Both the position numbers and the translations under genes were made by a program. Below, piece by piece: positions 60,045-64,000 of a DNA stretch of 64,000 nt (its first letter is position 1; the number at the start of each line of letters is the position of its first letter). The stretch is from NCBI GenBank assembly GCA_038243585.1, contig JBBSQY010000001.1, positions 64,001 through 128,000 of the forward strand, given 5' to 3'. The notes under the pieces are model-generated. The model was not told where the DNA came from. It worked only from the letters and a program-made list of their open reading frames with translations, and ran no database searches. This stretch comes from Candidatus Sumerlaeales bacterium. GTDB taxonomy: Bacteria > Sumerlaeota > Sumerlaeia > Sumerlaeales > Sumerlaeaceae.

Positions 60045-60386
60045 TTAGTGGAAAATCAGATAGCCCAGTCCGATGCCAAGCAGACCGGCGGTAAACACAT
60101 CGCTGCCCACGCCAAATCCTGGACGGCCGTAGGTGTTGCCATAAGGCATTGTTGCACAAGGGCCGCAGCCATAGCCGGCGTTGTACATCCCTACCGGGCG
60201 CGCGTAGTTTGCAGGCATTGGGGGAGCATATGCACCGCTATTATAACCGGTGTAGCTGGAAGTGGCGCTATAGCCCGTATAAGGCCGCTCGTAACCCTGA
60301 AGTTCGCCACCGGCAGATCCGGAGGTTGGGGCCGCGACGCTAAGGGCGGCTAAAGCGATTGCTGCTGCTAAAGTCTTGATGCTCAT
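60045..60386 (-). CDS. Small secreted Gly/Tyr/Pro-rich protein with a hydrophobic Gly-zipper-like C-terminus
   Basis: AGGAG RBS; signal peptide then GGELQ; ends VFTAGLLGIGLGYLIFH. Confidence 0.75.
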   Translation of the reverse strand: MSIKTLAAAIALAALSVAAPTSGSAGGELQGYERPYTGYSATSSYTGYNSGAYAPPMPANYARPVGMYNAGYGCGPCATMPYGNTYGRPGFGVGSDVFTAGLLGIGLGYLIFH

Positions 60387-60526
60387 GATAATCTCCTAAG
60401 GTATGTTGTCCACCGAAACCCGGTTTTGACCAGAAGTCGGGGCTATTGCAAATCTAATGGAATAAGGACACGGGTGTTATACGACAGGGAAGCGACCAAA
60501 TCAGATAATGCGACTCAAGGCAATGC

Positions 60527-60865
60527 TTAATTCATGCCAACTGAACAGGAAACAACGCATATCTTGCGTGGAATCTCGACTTCCTGTTTGTACATTCGTT
60601 CGCCGTTGTCCACATACTTATCCGAGTAAACCACTGTCGGATAAAGTTTAAAAGAGCCCTGCGGAACAGATGAAACATCGAGTTCCACGCCGCCCTTGCC
60701 TAGCCAGCCAGTCATGGCTTCGCAGGCAGAACAGCCTTTTATCATGTGAATCATTGAGACACAGACTTTGGCTGGTTTAGGTTTTGCTTTTGGCGCAGCC
60801 TGACTGCTGGAGACGACCAGCAATCCTAATATGCACATCATGCATAGTCTTGTAAAAATTTTCAT
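60527..60865 (-). CDS. Small secreted glutaredoxin/thioredoxin-like CxxC protein
   Basis: Signal peptide ending SQA; KGCSACEAM; YPTVVY resembles the cis-Pro motif. Confidence 0.6.
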   Translation of the reverse strand: MKIFTRLCMMCILGLLVVSSSQAAPKAKPKPAKVCVSMIHMIKGCSACEAMTGWLGKGGVELDVSSVPQGSFKLYPTVVYSDKYVDNGERMYKQEVEIPRKICVVSCSVGMN

Positions 60866-61143
60866 TATCAACCCTGGTTGCTTCCTTGCCCGCCAGGCAA
60901 ACTCTCATGATCAGGGTTTGGCGGAATGGAAACTTTTAAATTATTACCAATTCAGTGGGAGAACGCGCCACGGGGTCGTCAAGGAATTTTTCACACCACG
61001 GCATGACGAGTATTTGATAAAGTAGTACAGGCGTCTGGCCCGTGGTAAAATCCGTTATTTTATTACGCGCCTCGACTAAAAAACAGGGATATTGGGGTTG
61101 GAAGAGGACTTGTTCATACAGGCGGGATGCCTAAGGCTACTTC

Positions 61144-61190
61144 AAAAAAAAATAGGTCCCGGTATCGCCTGTTCTAGCGATGCCGGGACC
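61144..61190 (-). terminator. Intrinsic terminator after the ECF sigma gene
   Basis: GGTCCCGGTATCGC...GCGATGCCGGGACC stem with an A9 tract on the left. Confidence 0.8.
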
Positions 61191-61233
61191 ATAAACTTGC
61201 CACCCGCTTAACGGGCGATTAATACTTGGGACG

Positions 61234-61899
61234 TCAGTCCAGAATTTCCTTCATCAGTTCCCGCAATTCCTGGCGGGCGTTAAACAAACGGCTCATTACA
61301 GTTCCGATGGGGATGTTTAGTGCTTCCGCGATCTCTTTATAGGACAGGTTATGAAAGTGCTTCATGATGATGATCTCACGGAAATCCGGTTTTAGCCGAT
61401 CAATAGCGCGCCACAGATTAATACGGGTTTCGCTCTCTTCATACATATCCCGCGGCGTCGGCTTATCGTCCTCAAACTGCGCGAACGTCTCTTCTTCCAG
61501 CTCTTCCAGCGAGTCATTGCGGACGCGCTGATTCTTTTTGATGTAGTTCAGGCAATGGTTCTTAATGATTTTATAGAACCATGGGAAGAAGGGGGAGTTC
61601 AGATCAAACGTCTTGATCGCTTTGAAGGCTTTCACGAACGCATCCTGCGAAAGATCCAGCGCGTCTTCATGGTTGCCCACAAAGCCCAGTGCAACATAAT
61701 AAGCCTTCTGCTTATATGCGTTCACCAGATCTTCAAAGGCGGCGACTTCGCCATATTGCACGCGGCGGATGATCTCTTTTTCTTCTTCAGGAGACAGGAA
61801 CCGCTGGCCTGCATCCTCCTCAAGGGTGCGGGTACGGGTTTCCGGTTTTTCAACCGCCGTCTCGCGTTCTTCCAGTTCTATCGTTTTCGTTTTTGGCAT
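61234..61899 (-). CDS. ECF sigma-70 factor
   Basis: Region 2 DALDLSQDAFVKAF...FFPWFYKIIKNHCLN; region 4 LSYKEIAEALNIPIGTVMSRLFNAR. Start placed at MPKTK. Confidence 0.93.
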   Translation of the reverse strand: MPKTKTIELEERETAVEKPETRTRTLEEDAGQRFLSPEEEKEIIRRVQYGEVAAFEDLVNAYKQKAYYVALGFVGNHEDALDLSQDAFVKAFKAIKTFDLNSPFFPWFYKIIKNHCLNYIKKNQRVRNDSLEELEEETFAQFEDDKPTPRDMYEESETRINLWRAIDRLKPDFREIIIMKHFHNLSYKEIAEALNIPIGTVMSRLFNARQELRELMKEILD

Positions 61900-62291
61900 A
61901 GTATTGTCTTGTGACTCCAGAGTCTCCCGTCGTGTTTCTTGGTATTTCGGGTACCCCCCGTCGAACGGGAAACGGAGCAAACCCCTTTACAAATTTTTAA
62001 GTCGTTCCTGTGTAAACAGAAAGTATATGCATAAATCGTTCCGGCGCAGTGTATTTGGCGCGCTTTAGATACAAGACGAACTGCAGTCCCTTACCCAAAG
62101 CCCCCGTATCGCTCTGATCCAATTACTCTTATGAAGTGCAGTCCTGTTTTAACTATCGTCCTTTTTAATTTATCGGGGTATTGGGCTTAGCAGTTTGCCT
62201 CCGATAAAAAACCTCACTTAAGACGTTTTAGACAACATTTCTTCTTTTCAGGCAAAAAACTGGTTCATAATGTCACACCGGATGCAGCGAC

Positions 62292-62759
62292 CTACTGATG
62301 TTGACCGTAGCGGCCGCCTCGAACCCAGTCGTCGTAGCTGTCCCAGTACCAGTGGCTTCGGCTTGAGCCACAGAGCTGTCCTGGACAGTATATGCCGCCA
62401 GCCTTATAGTTGGCCGTTTTCTGGTCAGGATTCATGAACGGGTAGTAAGTCGGGTGAAGCCCTTCATACATATTATGTTCTGAAGGATAGTAGTAAGTAG
62501 GACCGTAGAAGTCGTTCATTTCCGCTCCGTGCCCCGTGGGGTGCAGTGGGGCCGGCAAGGGTACACTTCGAGTTACCTGATCGCCTGCACGATATATGGG
62601 GCGAAGCGCGCTGCGTTCAATGCTGCGAGGCGCTGGGAGTTTTTGACGGGTTGGCACAGGCATTTGCCATTGCCCCGGCTGCAGCTCGCCACCCGCCAGG
62701 GCGGGCGCTGCTACAGCCGATGCCATTAAAAGTACTATCCAGCGCAATTGGATGATCAC
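62292..62759 (-). CDS. Secreted Tyr/Pro/Gly-rich protein
   Basis: GTG start at 62759 with AAGGA upstream; signal peptide ending ALA, then GGELQ; aromatic-rich tail with two Cys. Confidence 0.7.
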   Translation of the reverse strand: MIIQLRWIVLLMASAVAAPALAGGELQPGQWQMPVPTRQKLPAPRSIERSALRPIYRAGDQVTRSVPLPAPLHPTGHGAEMNDFYGPTYYYPSEHNMYEGLHPTYYPFMNPDQKTANYKAGGIYCPGQLCGSSRSHWYWDSYDDWVRGGRYGQHQ

Positions 62760-63064
62760 GTTTTTTCCTTGGTTCCATAGTAACCCAATATATTCAGCGG
62801 ACATACAAGAGGTTGGAACGCTTGTCTGCGATTGCAAAAGGGTGTTCAATAGAAATCGACAGGTGATATGAATTTTTTTCCCTGCGAGGGCACCTGAACC
62901 AAAGACCGGGTGGGTAAAATAGAGATGCCAACTAATGGAACGGGACATGATGACCCTCCGTGCAGCAGAGTAGCGGCGCGTTAATTTTATTAACCCAGCT
63001 CTTGACACGCCCTTCGTCCCAGCGCAGCCATTGGATATTCGCCTGTATATAAAGAGGTCGCAAA

Positions 63065-63736
63065 ATGAACAAGCCAGCCGGATTACCTAAAGTTCTATCC
63101 AGTGCATTAACCATATTTGTGGCGATGTTCGCCGCGAGCGCCGTTGCCCAGACCAGCCCTCATACCCTCTGGACTGAGCCGGTTACTGAAGCTGGCGTCA
63201 CCTATCAGCGTCCGCCCAAGTTCAACTACACCCAGCAGGGTCAGCCGGTCATGGAAAAGCGTTTTCCATATCTGGAGAGCCGACGTTACTCTCCGCTGAA
63301 AAAGTTTCGTTACCTGGAAAACATGGGCGGCGCCGTCGCAATGATGGCCAGCCTGCAGACATTTCCCGGCGGCGGACAATGCCGCCCCCTGAGTGAACAA
63401 CAAAACAAGATTCTCCGGGAGTGGGGCGAGCCTGACTACATTCGCGGTCCGTATAAAAGTACCCGCAATGATTTCATCATCGACTGGGCTTACCACCAGA
63501 GCAATCGCATCTTTCAGTTTGCCGATGCTGTTATGGTTTATGAAGGCCCGCTCACAGATCAGGATCGCACCGCCATTACCTACGGCATTCCAGAAGAAGC
63601 TATTATTAATTATATGGAACCGAACATCAAACGGGAAACGTGGATTTACAGGCCTGTTTTCATACTCGGTACTGGTCGGGAAAGACTTTTCAGCTTCTCC
63701 AATGGTGAACTTGTCCACCATCAGGAAAGCCCATAA
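63065..63736 (+). CDS. Secreted protein with two SmpA/OmlA(BamE)-like repeats
   Basis: Signal peptide; ILREWGEPD...DWAY...FQF and ITYGIPE...ETWIY...FSFSNGELV. Confidence 0.65.
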   Translation: MNKPAGLPKVLSSALTIFVAMFAASAVAQTSPHTLWTEPVTEAGVTYQRPPKFNYTQQGQPVMEKRFPYLESRRYSPLKKFRYLENMGGAVAMMASLQTFPGGGQCRPLSEQQNKILREWGEPDYIRGPYKSTRNDFIIDWAYHQSNRIFQFADAVMVYEGPLTDQDRTAITYGIPEEAIINYMEPNIKRETWIYRPVFILGTGRERLFSFSNGELVHHQESP

Positions 63737-63795
63737 ACAACCGTATCCCTGCCAGGTGTAAGCCTGGTCTACGGTGTCATAATTATCGGAGTGTT

Positions 63796-64000
63796 ATGTC
63801 GTATTCTAACAATATAACCGCATTGCTTTGCGTCATGTGTCTGGCTGCCAGCCTTACGGCGGCACCACCTTCTCGTGCAGCGGGCGGACGTGCGCGCGCA
63901 ATTGATCTACTTGCGGAGGGCCAGACCCTCGAAAATCAGGGAAACTCCCAGGGTGCATACCAGAAATATTATGAGTCAGCCCAGCTGGCCCCCAGCCCAT
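63796..64000 (+). CDS. Secreted TPR-like protein; partial, runs off the window
   Basis: Hand translation MSYSNNITALLCVMCLAASLTA...AIDLLAEGQTLENQGNSQGAYQKYYESAQLAPSP; GGAG RBS. Confidence 0.7.
   Translation, partial: MSYSNNITALLCVMCLAASLTAAPPSRAAGGRARAIDLLAEGQTLENQGNSQGAYQKYYESAQLAPSP

Noticed and set aside
62760..63008. N-terminal 83 aa of the track's 238-aa ORF (similarly the extended starts given for hpt, carbonic anhydrase, ccsA and the ECF gene)
   Set aside because: Downstream starts fit better by RBS, signal peptide or family N-terminus; the extensions look like non-coding read-through.

Overview
Gene-dense bacterial chromosome segment with no rRNA, CRISPR array, prophage or transposase that I can recognise. 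An AFTLIE-type pilin-like gene and secreted proteins ending in V-x-x-W-x-x-Y suggest Candidatus Sumerlaeota (BRC1); this is inferred from recalled sequence style and is not verified. Housekeeping genes include nfo, gmhB, an hldC-like gene, a GT9 heptosyltransferase, obgE, hpt, tRNA-Ser(GGA), ruvA, ileS-dksA-like-lspA, grpE, htpX, ccsA, folP, pta, sfsA, a cysteine desulfurase, a PTPS/QueD-family gene, purA and an ECF sigma factor. Secreted or envelope proteins include a TolB-like propeller, an M23 peptidase, an L,D-transpeptidase, a GH84 enzyme, a heparinase II/III-like lyase, a pilin and many hypotheticals. Most notable: (1) two unrelated secreted enzymes share a C-terminal VxxWxxY(x)D motif, a candidate sorting signal; (2) the M23 peptidase appears to have triply nested domains (PPC inside golvesin-like inside SH3b); (3) a membrane Ser/Thr kinase has a GspG pseudopilin-like external domain; (4) two secreted Tyr/Gly/Pro-rich proteins flanking an anti-sigma-less ECF gene share the mature N-terminus GGELQ; (5) a toxin-antitoxin cassette plus an unannotated Phd remnant lies inside degenerate inverted repeats; (6) a PAP2/LpxT-like ORF lacks both catalytic histidines. 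All family calls are by-eye motif recognition; no database searches were run.
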